In this document: positions 23,711-33,486 of the stretch, in pieces
Numbering within the stretch: position 1 is the stretch's first letter
How the letters are laid out: each line of letters opens with the position of its first letter
Origin: a virus
Taxonomy: Duplodnaviria > Caudoviricetes
Length of the DNA: 34,395 nucleotides
Virus record (IMG/VR): IMGVR_UViG_3300047560_000265
Coordinates: 1-34,395 of that record
Reading direction: 5' to 3' (one strand)
Notes under the pieces: model-generated
Seen by the model: the letters and a program-made list of their open reading frames with translations, nothing else
Database searches by the model: none
What the model was told of the DNA's origin: nothing
Position numbers and translations under genes: made by a program

Positions 23711-24327
23711 GCATAGCGACTTACTCAGATTTGAAAACTAAGGTTGCCTCTTACTTGGCTCGTACAGACTTGACTAGCCAAATCGAGGATTTCGTTCGGT
23801 TCGCAGAGTTACGCTTGCGTAGAGAGTTGCGAATCCGACAAATGTTGAAATCTGTCACAACTACCACAACAGGCGGTGATTCAACTGTTGAGCTACCAAG
23901 CGACTTTCTAGAGGTTAGAGACTTTTATGTTTCTACCAATCCGATTCAGCCTTTGACTTTCTCTAGCCCTGCTATTTTTAGTCGAAACACAAAGACTACT
24001 GAAAGCGGAAAGCCATTAGATTACACAGTCTTGGCTTCAGAGTTTAAGTTGGCTCCTGTGCCTGACTCCACTTATACATTGGAACTGCTTTACTACGCAG
24101 CTCCCACATTTATGAGTGACACAAATTCAAGTAATGTGTTCATGGCTAATGCGCCTGATGCGTTACTTTACGCCTCGTTGTTAGAGGCAGAGCCTTATTT
24201 GATGAATGATGCTCGAATCCAAACATGGGGTTCTCTGTACGACAGAGCAATCTCCACACTTTCCACATCCGATGAGAGTTCTCAATATTCTGGTGTTCCA
24301 CTTTCAATGACTTTTGCAACGAGGTAA
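23707..24327 (+). CDS. Head-tail adaptor protein
   Basis: LPSDFLE, LAPVPD..Y.LELLYY, PDALLYASL; position. Confidence 0.78.
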   Translation: MSIATYSDLKTKVASYLARTDLTSQIEDFVRFAELRLRRELRIRQMLKSVTTTTTGGDSTVELPSDFLEVRDFYVSTNPIQPLTFSSPAIFSRNTKTTESGKPLDYTVLASEFKLAPVPDSTYTLELLYYAAPTFMSDTNSSNVFMANAPDALLYASLLEAEPYLMNDARIQTWGSLYDRAISTLSTSDESSQYSGVPLSMTFATR

Positions 24328-24330
24328 ATC

Positions 24331-24717
24331 ATGGCTGAAATGTCAAATTATCTTGAGAACGCTCTTATCAACGCCACCCTGCGTAATACGAGCTACACAA
24401 GCCCAACGACCGTTTATGTGGCGCTTTACACAAGCGACCCAACAGATGCTGATTCTGGTACTGAGTGCTCTGGCACTTCATACGCTCGTCAGGCTGTGAC
24501 TTTCGGTTCACCTTCTAATGGAGTGTCAACAAACTCAGCCGCTGTTGAGTTTCCTCAAGCTGGTGGCTCATGGGGAACGATTACCCATATCGGTATTCGT
24601 GACGCATCGACTTCTGGAAACCTTCTGTATCACACAGCACTAGATGCTTCTAAAACCATTGAAACTGGAGATGTGTTTAAGATTGCAACTGGTTCTCTTA
24701 GCGTCACATTGGCGTAA
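24331..24717 (+). CDS. Small tail/fibre-associated structural protein
   Basis: SNYLEN..YVALYTSDP..YARQ..WGTITH..DASTSGNLL. Confidence 0.8.
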   Translation: MAEMSNYLENALINATLRNTSYTSPTTVYVALYTSDPTDADSGTECSGTSYARQAVTFGSPSNGVSTNSAAVEFPQAGGSWGTITHIGIRDASTSGNLLYHTALDASKTIETGDVFKIATGSLSVTLA

Positions 24718-25367
24718 TGGCTGACCTGCTCCCACCTTGGTCAATTGACTCGCTTGACAACTTAAAAGCGAGCATTGATAACCTTACCCTAACGCTTGAT
24801 AGTCCTCTCTATCAAACTTCGGTAACTTTGTGGGATGCGTATGGTTCGGTTAGCGCCTCTGCTACTGTCTCCGCCGCAGGCACAAGAGTTCAATCAGCTT
24901 CTGCCTCGATTACAGCCTCAGCAAGCGCCTCATGTTCTGGCACTAGGGTTCAGTATGCAAGCGGTTCAGTAAGCGCCTCTGCAAGCGTTTCCTGTGCCGC
25001 CACAAGGGTTCAGCTTGGCGTTGCGTCAATTAACGCAGAAGCAACCGTAACGGCTTTGGGTGGTATTACTGCCGATGGAGCCGCAAGCATTACCTGTGAC
25101 GCAACCGTAGAGGCCAGCGCTTATGCAATATTTGACTTTTCTGCAAGCATTTCTGGCGATGCTACTGTTGTTTGTAATGGGGTGCGTCTGGGTGATAATT
25201 GGTCTGATGTGGCTGTTGGCGATAATACTTGGGATGATGTGTCGCAAAATAACAACACATGGACAGAGATTAGCGTAAGTGGTAACACATGGTCAGATGT
25301 TTCAGCTAACTCAAACACATGGGTTGAAGTGTCGCAAAATAACAACACTTGGTTAAGACAGGGATAG
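24717..25367 (+). CDS. Ser/Ala-rich repetitive structural protein
   Basis: ~20-aa TRVQ..SASI repeats and C-terminal 10-aa NTW repeats. Confidence 0.8.
   Translation: MADLLPPWSIDSLDNLKASIDNLTLTLDSPLYQTSVTLWDAYGSVSASATVSAAGTRVQSASASITASASASCSGTRVQYASGSVSASASVSCAATRVQLGVASINAEATVTALGGITADGAASITCDATVEASAYAIFDFSASISGDATVVCNGVRLGDNWSDVAVGDNTWDDVSQNNNTWTEISVSGNTWSDVSANSNTWVEVSQNNNTWLRQG
25190..25355 (+). repeat. Degenerate 30-bp coding tandem repeat
   Basis: Six Trp at 10-aa period; gtgtcgcaaaataacaacac occurs twice. Confidence 0.8.
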
Positions 25368-25368
25368 T

Positions 25369-27018
25369 ATGCCTACACAAAGAATCGCACTTGGAGAGTG
25401 GTTGCCTGACCAGCCTGGTCTAATTGGTGGGATTCAGACTGCCTTAAATTGTTACCCAACGGCTACGGGTTACGGGCCTTTTCCGTCTGAGGCTGACTTT
25501 TCTGCCGCCGCTGACGAGAATCTTTTAACCCTTGCCTACATAAAAGACCAATCTGCGACCATTAAATTGTTTGCGGCTGGTAACTCAAAAATCTATACGG
25601 TTGATTCTGTTGGTGCTTTGACGCCTGTTTGGTATACCACGGGAACTTATGCTCAGAGTGGAACGACAACTTTAACGGTTACGGCTATTGGACACGGTTG
25701 GAAAACTGGTGATTCTGTTTATCTGAATTTCACGAGTGGAACTGCGGTAGATGGTCAGTTTACGATTACAAAGTTAACCGCTGACACTTTTACAGTTACG
25801 ACAACTTCTGCCACAACAACTGGTAATGTGCGAATCTCTGCGTCTATTGATGGATTCAATACGCCAGCAAATCAGCGGATTCGTTTTACAAGGTTTGGTA
25901 ATCGAGTGATTGCCGCTAACTTTGGTGACCGCCTTCAGTCTTATGTAGCTGATGCAAGCAACTCGTTTAAGAATCTTTCAGACGATGCGCCTGTTGCAAA
26001 GTTCATTACTGTCGTGCGTGATTTTGTTGTTTGTGCGAATATTGATGATGGTTCAACTGGCCCGTTTAAGGTTCAATGGTCTGGTTTAAATGACGAGACT
26101 ACTTGGACTTCTAGCCAAATCACGCAGTCTGACTACCAAGTAATCCCTGATGGTGGGCATATTACTGGTATCCGAGGCGGTGAGTATGGTCTTATCTTGA
26201 TGGAAAAAGCAATCCATCGAATGAGCTATATCGGCACTCCTTTGATTTTCCAGTTTGACAACATCAGCCGAGAAAAAGGCTGTATCGCCTCTGGTTCTGT
26301 TACGCAGTACCAAGGTCTGACTTTCTTTTTGTCTGATGATGGTTTCTATATGTGCGATGGTCAGCAAGTCCTGCCAATCGGTGCGGAAAAGGTTGACCGT
26401 TTCTTCTTTAGTGATGCTGACCCAGACTTCACCACAATGTCGGCTGCTGTTGACCCAATCCGCAAGTTGGTGATGTGGAACTACAAGAGCCGATTTGCAG
26501 AGCGTAAACTCATTGTTTACAGCTTCACGACTAAAAAGTGGTCTGTGATGATGGCGAATTCTGACTATATTTCAGACGCCACAACTGCCTCTGTTACTCT
26601 TGAGGAATTGGATAGTATCAGCGCCTCGATTGATGCTTTGACCGTGGCATTGGACTCAAATCTGTTCGCTGGTGGTAAATACTTCTTGGGTGGCACTTCT
26701 GGAACTAAGGTTGTGACATTCAACGGAGCCAATAAATCAGCGACTATTGAGACAGGTGACATTTCAACTGGCGGTCGTTCTTTGGTTACATTGGCTCGAC
26801 CACAAGTTGATAACGGTTCTGCTACGGTGGCGCTATCTTCACGCACATTGCTTAACGAGGGTGTGACTTTTGGAACTGCGACTGCCGCTGATTCGGATAA
26901 CCGTGTGTCTTTGAGAGGCTCTGGGAATTACCACAGGATTCAAGTTAATCCTACTGGTGACAACTGGCGCATGGCTGTTGCCGTGGATATTGATGTTCAG
27001 CCTCAAGGGGTTCGATAA
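25369..27018 (+). CDS. Tail nozzle / DNA-stabilisation protein (P22 gp10-like beta-propeller)
   Basis: GEWLPDQP start, VQWSG, GCIASGSV, FFLSDDGFY, IGAEKVDRFF. Confidence 0.8.
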   Translation: MPTQRIALGEWLPDQPGLIGGIQTALNCYPTATGYGPFPSEADFSAAADENLLTLAYIKDQSATIKLFAAGNSKIYTVDSVGALTPVWYTTGTYAQSGTTTLTVTAIGHGWKTGDSVYLNFTSGTAVDGQFTITKLTADTFTVTTTSATTTGNVRISASIDGFNTPANQRIRFTRFGNRVIAANFGDRLQSYVADASNSFKNLSDDAPVAKFITVVRDFVVCANIDDGSTGPFKVQWSGLNDETTWTSSQITQSDYQVIPDGGHITGIRGGEYGLILMEKAIHRMSYIGTPLIFQFDNISREKGCIASGSVTQYQGLTFFLSDDGFYMCDGQQVLPIGAEKVDRFFFSDADPDFTTMSAAVDPIRKLVMWNYKSRFAERKLIVYSFTTKKWSVMMANSDYISDATTASVTLEELDSISASIDALTVALDSNLFAGGKYFLGGTSGTKVVTFNGANKSATIETGDISTGGRSLVTLARPQVDNGSATVALSSRTLLNEGVTFGTATAADSDNRVSLRGSGNYHRIQVNPTGDNWRMAVAVDIDVQPQGVR

Positions 27019-27800
27019 TGTTTCGCCAACTTCCCGTATTTGGAGCTGACCCGAGGGTTATAGCCACAATCCTCAACGGGATTATTAACGGGAAAACCAA
27101 TAATCATGGGACTGTAACGCTTGCCACAGGCAACGCCACGACCACAACGATTTATGACGAGCGAATCAGTCCTTACACAAAGATTCTATTGGTTCCTTTT
27201 TCTGACGCAGCCGAAGCAGATTCAGCGCCTTATGGGGCTTTTCAGGACTCTACCGACCAAACTGCGGCTAATACGACAACAGCTTATTCAATTACTTTTG
27301 ACACGACAGACTACTCAAATGGTGTTTATCTGTCTAACAGTTCTCGGATAAATGTCAGGAATTACGGTATTTATAACCTTCAGTTCTCAATTCAACTGAA
27401 AAATACCACAAACGACACTCAGGATGTAGATATTTGGTTTTCAAAGAATGGGACAAATATTGACAAATCTAATAGTCGATTCAGTCTGCCTGCTCGTAAG
27501 AGTTCTGGTGACCCATCTCACTTAATCGCTGCGCTTAACTTCTATGCTGAACTTCAGGCTGGTGATTATGTGGAGTTGAAATGGCGAGTTTCTGATATTG
27601 GTGTAAGTGTTGAGCAATATGGAACTTCCACAAGTCCAGACCGACCAACTGTTCCATCGGCTATTTTTACAGTTCAGTATGTCGCTCCGTCTGCGTCTAC
27701 GAATGTGTATGTCAGCGCCCAGACTAAGGGAAGTGCGACCTTAACCCACTTTGCGAACTCAACTTCAGACAAAACTTATGCTTACATTTTGGTAGGCTAA
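27018..27800 (+). CDS. Tail-associated protein with central C1q/TNF-like domain
   Basis: YGAFQD..ITFDTT..GIYNLQFSIQL..LQAGDYVEL. Confidence 0.7.
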   Translation: MFRQLPVFGADPRVIATILNGIINGKTNNHGTVTLATGNATTTTIYDERISPYTKILLVPFSDAAEADSAPYGAFQDSTDQTAANTTTAYSITFDTTDYSNGVYLSNSSRINVRNYGIYNLQFSIQLKNTTNDTQDVDIWFSKNGTNIDKSNSRFSLPARKSSGDPSHLIAALNFYAELQAGDYVELKWRVSDIGVSVEQYGTSTSPDRPTVPSAIFTVQYVAPSASTNVYVSAQTKGSATLTHFANSTSDKTYAYILVG

Positions 27801-27804
27801 TGTA

Positions 27805-27838
27805 TATAATGACTCCGTGGATGACCCGCCTCGGAGTC
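27805..27838 (+). promoter_or_regulatory. TATAAT box plus hairpin upstream of the ejection genes
   Basis: TATAAT 27805-27810; GACTCCG/CGGAGTC stem. Confidence 0.5.
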
Positions 27839-27859
27839 CTTTGAAAGAAAGGTGCTTTT

Positions 27860-28738
27860 ATGGCAGTCGAAACCGCAACAACATCATCCACCACACAGAT
27901 TGACCCAACCGTTCAGCCGTTCCTAAAGTATGGAATGAATGAGGCTCAACGCCTATACCAAGCTGGCGGCCCAAAATACTTCACAGGTCAAGGTTATGTC
28001 GGCCCATCAACGGCTACACAACAGGGTCTAGAGGCTTTAAGAGCACGAGCCGCTGCTGGAAGCCCTTTGACTGCTGCCGCACAGAATCAACTCTACGGCA
28101 CGATTCAGGGCGATTATCTTGGTGGAAATCCTTTCTTTCAGGGTGCTTTCCAGCCTGCCGCACAAGCCGCCACAAACGCTTTTAATCAAGCGATTGGCAA
28201 TGTGACATCACAGGCTTCACAAGCGGGTCGATATGGCTCTGGTGCAGTTGGAAACCTTCAGAATCAAGCCGCAACCACATTGGCAAATAGCCTTACTGGA
28301 ACGGCTGGACAACTAGCATATCAGAATTACGCAGCAGAGCGTGCTCGTCAACAACAGGCAACTTTCGGTGCGCCTCAATTGGCAGAGGCTGATTACACAG
28401 ACATTAACAAATTGCTGGCGGCAGGTCAGTTTGGTGAGGGATACCAACAGAAGGCTTTGGATGAAGCTAAAGCAAAATTTGCTTATGAGCAGAATCTGCC
28501 ACAGGCACAACTCCAAACCTATCTGTCAAATATCGGTTTGATTCCAAAAGGTCAGACCACAACAGGACAAACGCCTTTCTACACTAACCCAACTGCCACA
28601 AACTTTGGAACTGGTTTATTGGCTGTTTCTTTGCTTGATAAAGCCTCTCCATATGTCAACAATGCTTATAACTGGTTAAGTGGCGGAAGTCAGTTTATAC
28701 CTGGCTCGGCTGATTTTGTTGGCCCAATGATGCCATAA
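27860..28738 (+). CDS. DNA ejection (pilot) protein 1
   Basis: Q/A/G-rich, GRYGSGA; first of three genes in the P22 gp7/gp20/gp16 position. Confidence 0.72.
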   Translation: MAVETATTSSTTQIDPTVQPFLKYGMNEAQRLYQAGGPKYFTGQGYVGPSTATQQGLEALRARAAAGSPLTAAAQNQLYGTIQGDYLGGNPFFQGAFQPAAQAATNAFNQAIGNVTSQASQAGRYGSGAVGNLQNQAATTLANSLTGTAGQLAYQNYAAERARQQQATFGAPQLAEADYTDINKLLAAGQFGEGYQQKALDEAKAKFAYEQNLPQAQLQTYLSNIGLIPKGQTTTGQTPFYTNPTATNFGTGLLAVSLLDKASPYVNNAYNWLSGGSQFIPGSADFVGPMMP

Positions 28739-28749
28739 AGGGAAAAATC

Positions 28750-29982
28750 ATGGCACTATTAGATTCACTTTTCGGACAAGTCCCAAGCTACTACGGTGGC
28801 TTATTGGGTGAAGATGAGCTTTCTCGCTTACGCCAACAGGCACAAGAGCAAGGAACTCTGAACACAGCAATGGCGTTACTTCAAGCGGGTGCGCCTAGCC
28901 GTACGCCTGGCGGTGGCGCTTTGGCTATCGCTCAAGGTCTGCAACAAGGCCAGAAGGCTTATCGTGAGGCTTTGAACCAAGGCTTGCAAGAAAAGATGGC
29001 AGGACTTCAGGTTCAAGATTTGATTCGTAAGCGCCAAGAAGAAGAAGCTGTCCGCAGATTCCTTCCTCAGATTATGCAACCTGGCCAAGTTGAGCAAAAC
29101 TGGCAATCTCCTGAACAGATTGGTCAATTCTTCCAAACTGGCGCAATGCCGACTCAGCGTGGCCCGTCTACGATTAATCGTGATGCGCTTCAGCAATTGG
29201 CATTGGCTTCACCTGAACAGTTCGCAAAAATCTCAACTGGACTTAAAGCGTTTCAGCCTGAATACAAGGCTGTTGGCGATTACTTGTATGAAATTTCTCC
29301 CTATGGTGGAGAGGCTAAACAAGTTGCTACTGGTGGTAAAAAAGCACTTCTAACTGGTGAAGAAAGCAATATCGCTTTACGCTTGTTTGGCACAAATGAC
29401 CCAGAGGCATTAAAAGCAATTCCTGGCTCATCTGATGCTATTGAAAAGGCTTCTATTGCACTTAAAAAGGCTGGAGCTACAAGCATAAATATGCCAACAG
29501 GCGAGGAGCGAAAAGCCGCTGTTCTTGCTAATCGTATGAATTTTGGTGTTCAGCAAATGAACCAAGCAATTGGTCAAGACCCATCTGCTGCAATGCCAAA
29601 TACTGCCGCTGAAGCTGCTAGATTCTTTACTAGAACAGAGTTCATTCCTAATAAGCTAAACACAGAGCAACGACAAATTGTTGAAGGTGCTCAGTTAGAT
29701 ATTTTGGATGCAGCTTTGACTTTGGGAACTGGTGCGGCATACACCCGTGAGCAATTAGAGGGCTATCGTAAATCTTACTTCCCTCAATTAAATGATACTG
29801 CTGCAACAGTTAAATCTAAGCAAGACAGATTGCAGAATCTTCTTGAGTCTGCTCAGATTGCCTCTGGCCGTGCTGTTTCAAATATCCCAACAAAGATGCC
29901 AAAGCAACCGACAGTTCAGTATCCAGTCACAACCGAAACAAGCGGATTGCCTGATGGTGTGATTGTCCGTAAACGACAGTAA
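28750..29982 (+). CDS. DNA ejection protein 2
   Basis: Q/A-rich helical; LGTGAAY..YFPQLND motif. Confidence 0.7.
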   Translation: MALLDSLFGQVPSYYGGLLGEDELSRLRQQAQEQGTLNTAMALLQAGAPSRTPGGGALAIAQGLQQGQKAYREALNQGLQEKMAGLQVQDLIRKRQEEEAVRRFLPQIMQPGQVEQNWQSPEQIGQFFQTGAMPTQRGPSTINRDALQQLALASPEQFAKISTGLKAFQPEYKAVGDYLYEISPYGGEAKQVATGGKKALLTGEESNIALRLFGTNDPEALKAIPGSSDAIEKASIALKKAGATSINMPTGEERKAAVLANRMNFGVQQMNQAIGQDPSAAMPNTAAEAARFFTRTEFIPNKLNTEQRQIVEGAQLDILDAALTLGTGAAYTREQLEGYRKSYFPQLNDTAATVKSKQDRLQNLLESAQIASGRAVSNIPTKMPKQPTVQYPVTTETSGLPDGVIVRKRQ

Positions 29983-29991
29983 GGGGTAAAA

Positions 29992-31578
29992 ATGCCAACT
30001 TATGACATTGTTATTCCAGGTAGAGGCACATACGAAGTTGAGTCAGCAAAGGAGTTGACTGATAAACAAGCGTATGAATATGCCTTGCAACAAGCATCTC
30101 AGGAAGGTGTTTCAGATGCTTTATTGCGTGGAACTGGACTTGCCGCAAGAGCTGTAACTCCTACCGCAATAGGTGCAACTATTGGTAGTCTTGCTGGCCC
30201 TGTTGGGACTGCGGTCGGCTCAATGGCTGTTCCTGCTGCTGATTTCTTGGGTAATTTGATTAACTCAATTGCCGCAGGAACTGAAAAAGTAACTGGCAAA
30301 CAAATGCCTCGAATCATGCCAACATCTCAGGCAATACAAAACCTGATGACTATGGCAGGTGTGCCTGGCGCTCCTGAAACTCAAACACCAACAGAAAGAG
30401 TTGTAGGTGCTGGTTTAGAAGCCGCTACTGGTGGAGCCGCTCAACTTCCATCACTAATGAAAGCCGCAACATCAGCGGCTGTTCCTACTGTTCAGCGTGA
30501 AGTTTCTCGTCAGATGGCTGTTGCGCCTGGTACTCAATCCGTTGTTGCTCCAGTATCTTCAATGACAGCGCAGGGAACTTACGAGGCAACTGGAGACCCT
30601 AGAGCTGCTTTGGCGGCTGGAATGACAACCGCAATGCTTGGTGGTGCAAAAACTCTAAAAGCAGAGGCTCCATTGTCTACAACTGCTCTTGAGCGTGTAG
30701 CGGAAAGCAAGTATCAACAGCTTGATGCTTCAGGTATTCAATTGAATAACCAAGCATTTACAGGTTCAATGAGCGACATTCAGAAAAGTCTCAGGAATGA
30801 AGGATACACGCCAAAAGCATATCCAAAAGTTACTGGAGCTTTAGAGGAACTTACATCTACCGCACAGCCTAAAGATTGGACTGAATTACAGGCATTGCGA
30901 AAGATGATTAAGGGCGCACAAGCTAGCATTGACCCAGACGAAAAGCGTTTGGCATCTATCTTGTTAGAAAAATATGACGATTATTTGTTGAGCGTACCGA
31001 AAACTGATGTTATTGCTGGTGATGCTAAACAGGTTGGAAAACTTTGGGATGAGGCTAGAGATGCTTATTCTCGAATGAAAAAGTCTGAAGTATTTGAAGA
31101 TATGTTGTCTACCGCAGAGTTAGACCGCAGCAAGTTTACTCAATCTGGCGCAGAAAATTCTTTGGCTCAACAGTTACGCAATCTTGCAAAGAATGACAAG
31201 AAAATGCGTCTGTTTACCAAAGATGAGCAAGAGGCTATTAGAAAAGCTGCAAAGGGCGACACAATGCAGAACTTGATGAAGTTCTATGGTCGTTTTGCTC
31301 CTACTGGCCCTGTAAGCGGTTTGTTTACTGGTGGCGCTAGTGCTATTGCTCCTGCAATTGGTATTCCTTTTGCGGCAGGTGCTATTGGCGCTCGTTACGG
31401 CGCAACACAAAAGCGCATTGGCTCTATTGAAGATTTGGCAAATTTGATGAGGGCAGGACAGCCACAGCAAATGACAAGTCAACAACTTAGAGCAATTCCA
31501 ACTGCAACAACAGTTCGTGGCCTTTTATCAATGCCAGAACTAGAGCAAGAACAACGAAATTTAATGGGTATCCAGTAA
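29992..31578 (+). CDS. DNA ejection protein 3
   Basis: G/A-rich hydrophobic segments plus helical core. Confidence 0.7.
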   Translation: MPTYDIVIPGRGTYEVESAKELTDKQAYEYALQQASQEGVSDALLRGTGLAARAVTPTAIGATIGSLAGPVGTAVGSMAVPAADFLGNLINSIAAGTEKVTGKQMPRIMPTSQAIQNLMTMAGVPGAPETQTPTERVVGAGLEAATGGAAQLPSLMKAATSAAVPTVQREVSRQMAVAPGTQSVVAPVSSMTAQGTYEATGDPRAALAAGMTTAMLGGAKTLKAEAPLSTTALERVAESKYQQLDASGIQLNNQAFTGSMSDIQKSLRNEGYTPKAYPKVTGALEELTSTAQPKDWTELQALRKMIKGAQASIDPDEKRLASILLEKYDDYLLSVPKTDVIAGDAKQVGKLWDEARDAYSRMKKSEVFEDMLSTAELDRSKFTQSGAENSLAQQLRNLAKNDKKMRLFTKDEQEAIRKAAKGDTMQNLMKFYGRFAPTGPVSGLFTGGASAIAPAIGIPFAAGAIGARYGATQKRIGSIEDLANLMRAGQPQQMTSQQLRAIPTATTVRGLLSMPELEQEQRNLMGIQ

Positions 31579-31587
31579 AGGAAAATC

Positions 31588-32115
31588 ATGCACCACATGG
31601 TCTATGTCACAAAAAATGTAGAAAGTGGAAAGTTCTACATTGGAAAACATAGCACTCGTAATCTGAAAGATGGTTACTGTGGTTCTGGTGCGTGGGTAAA
31701 AAAATCAAAGGCAAACAGAGATAAGTTAGAAACTAGAGTCTTAAAACATTTTGATAATGAAGATTCTGCTTATGCTTTTGAGTTAGAGGCGATAACAATT
31801 TCAAAAAGCGTTTATTCTGACTTGTGCATGAATAAACAGCCAGGTGGTTGGGGTTTGAGATGTAACGAAAAACACCACTATTTTGGTAAAAAATTGGATA
31901 ATCAGCATAGAGAAAAAATGAAGATTGCTCACTTGAATAAAGTTGAGAAGCGGTCTAGAAAAGTCATGTGTATTGATACTGGTGTCATTTATGACTCGGT
32001 GTCAATCGCGGCAAGATTTGGCGTTGGAAAAATCAACTCACGAGTTGAAATTAAAAAATGCTGCATGGGGTTGGTAAATGTTGCCAACAGTCTTAAATGG
32101 AAATTCGTTGATTAA
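31588..32115 (+). CDS. GIY-YIG (Seg-like) homing endonuclease
   Basis: VYVTKN..GKFYIGKH..DGYCGSG; C-terminal VMCIDTGVIYDSV..AA; AT-rich. Confidence 0.88.
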   Translation: MHHMVYVTKNVESGKFYIGKHSTRNLKDGYCGSGAWVKKSKANRDKLETRVLKHFDNEDSAYAFELEAITISKSVYSDLCMNKQPGGWGLRCNEKHHYFGKKLDNQHREKMKIAHLNKVEKRSRKVMCIDTGVIYDSVSIAARFGVGKINSRVEIKKCCMGLVNVANSLKWKFVD

Positions 32116-32124
32116 GGAAATGCT

Positions 32125-33486
32125 ATGTCTAAGGACAAGATAAGCGATTACAGTACAACAGCCAACTCCAATACTGATATTGGCGGCATAAATGTGGATG
32201 AGGGTTGCGCTCCTTCAGGGATTAACGATGCCATTCGCACATTGATGGCTCAGTTAAAGACATGGCAAAGTGGTGGGCAGGATGTTTACATTCACCCTGC
32301 TGGTTCTGCTTCTGCTCCTTCTATTACAGCGAATGGAGACACCAACACAGGTATCTTCTTCCCTGCTGCTGATACTGTTGGCATCGCTACTGGTGGAACT
32401 GAGAGAGCTAGGGTTGATAGTTCTGGTAACTTAGGTGTAGGTACTACTTCTCCATCTGCACAGCTTCACATTGTCGGCTCTGACACAACAGATCAAGTAA
32501 TTATCGAAAACACAGACGCTGGTGCTGCTACTGCGCCTGACATTACACTATATCGAAACTCCGCAAGCCCAGCGGCAAACGATGCTTTAGGTCAAATTTT
32601 CTTTAAAGGTAACGACAGCGGCGGAACTTCAACAACTTATGCTGGCATTGCGGCATATATTACAGACCCTACAGACACATCTGAATATGCTTTTTTACAG
32701 TTTGCTACAACTGGTGCTGGTTCTTTTGCAGAGCGTATGCGTATTACATCAACTGGCGAGGTGCTTGTTGGTGGTGATACTGAAATACATTCTGCCTCTG
32801 GAGGCATAACAGTACAGCGTTCAAATGCATCTCCTAGTTTGTATTTGTTCAGAAACGATACTACTGTTGGGACAGGCGATGTTCTTGGTTCACTTGCATA
32901 CTACGGCAACGACACAACATCAAACACACCAACACAGCTTGTGTATATAAATGCTGTTTCACTTGGCGCTCATGGAGCTGGCGATAACCCTACTGAACTT
33001 GCGTTTGGAACTACACCTGACAACACATCTACCGTAACAGAAGCAGTACGAATCAAAGCTGGTGGCGGTCTACAAATCTCACGCACAGATGTAACAGCCC
33101 CTGCAACTGGTGACGGTAATGTATTCAGCGGAACTTATACGCCTACGCTGACAAACACAACAAACATTACAGCAAGCACAGCTGTTACTTGTCAATATAT
33201 GCGTGTGGGCAACACCGTAACTGTTAGTGGTCAAGTTTCTGGCATAACTATGACAGCGGCTGCTGCAACATCTACGGTGCTTAAAATGACACTTCCTATT
33301 GCCTCAGCTTTAGGAAGTACCCGTCAAGTTGGTGGAACTGCTGTATTTTATTCATCCGCATCTCGTGGGACTGCTGTTGCCATCTACGGAGATGCAACCA
33401 ACGATATTGCAGAATTTAACTGGGCTGCTCCAACAACAACTGCATCTCAGGCTTTTACATTTTCATTCACATATTTGGTGCAATAA
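32125..33486 (+). CDS. Tail fibre / receptor-binding protein
   Basis: N-terminal anchor EGCAPSGINDAIR, ERMRI..G.V.VG repeats, beta-rich tip. Confidence 0.85.
   Translation: MSKDKISDYSTTANSNTDIGGINVDEGCAPSGINDAIRTLMAQLKTWQSGGQDVYIHPAGSASAPSITANGDTNTGIFFPAADTVGIATGGTERARVDSSGNLGVGTTSPSAQLHIVGSDTTDQVIIENTDAGAATAPDITLYRNSASPAANDALGQIFFKGNDSGGTSTTYAGIAAYITDPTDTSEYAFLQFATTGAGSFAERMRITSTGEVLVGGDTEIHSASGGITVQRSNASPSLYLFRNDTTVGTGDVLGSLAYYGNDTTSNTPTQLVYINAVSLGAHGAGDNPTELAFGTTPDNTSTVTEAVRIKAGGGLQISRTDVTAPATGDGNVFSGTYTPTLTNTTNITASTAVTCQYMRVGNTVTVSGQVSGITMTAAAATSTVLKMTLPIASALGSTRQVGGTAVFYSSASRGTAVAIYGDATNDIAEFNWAAPTTTASQAFTFSFTYLVQ

Noticed and set aside
25190-25355. CRISPR array or DGR template
   Set aside because: In-frame degenerate coding repeats without unique spacers; no cas or reverse transcriptase gene
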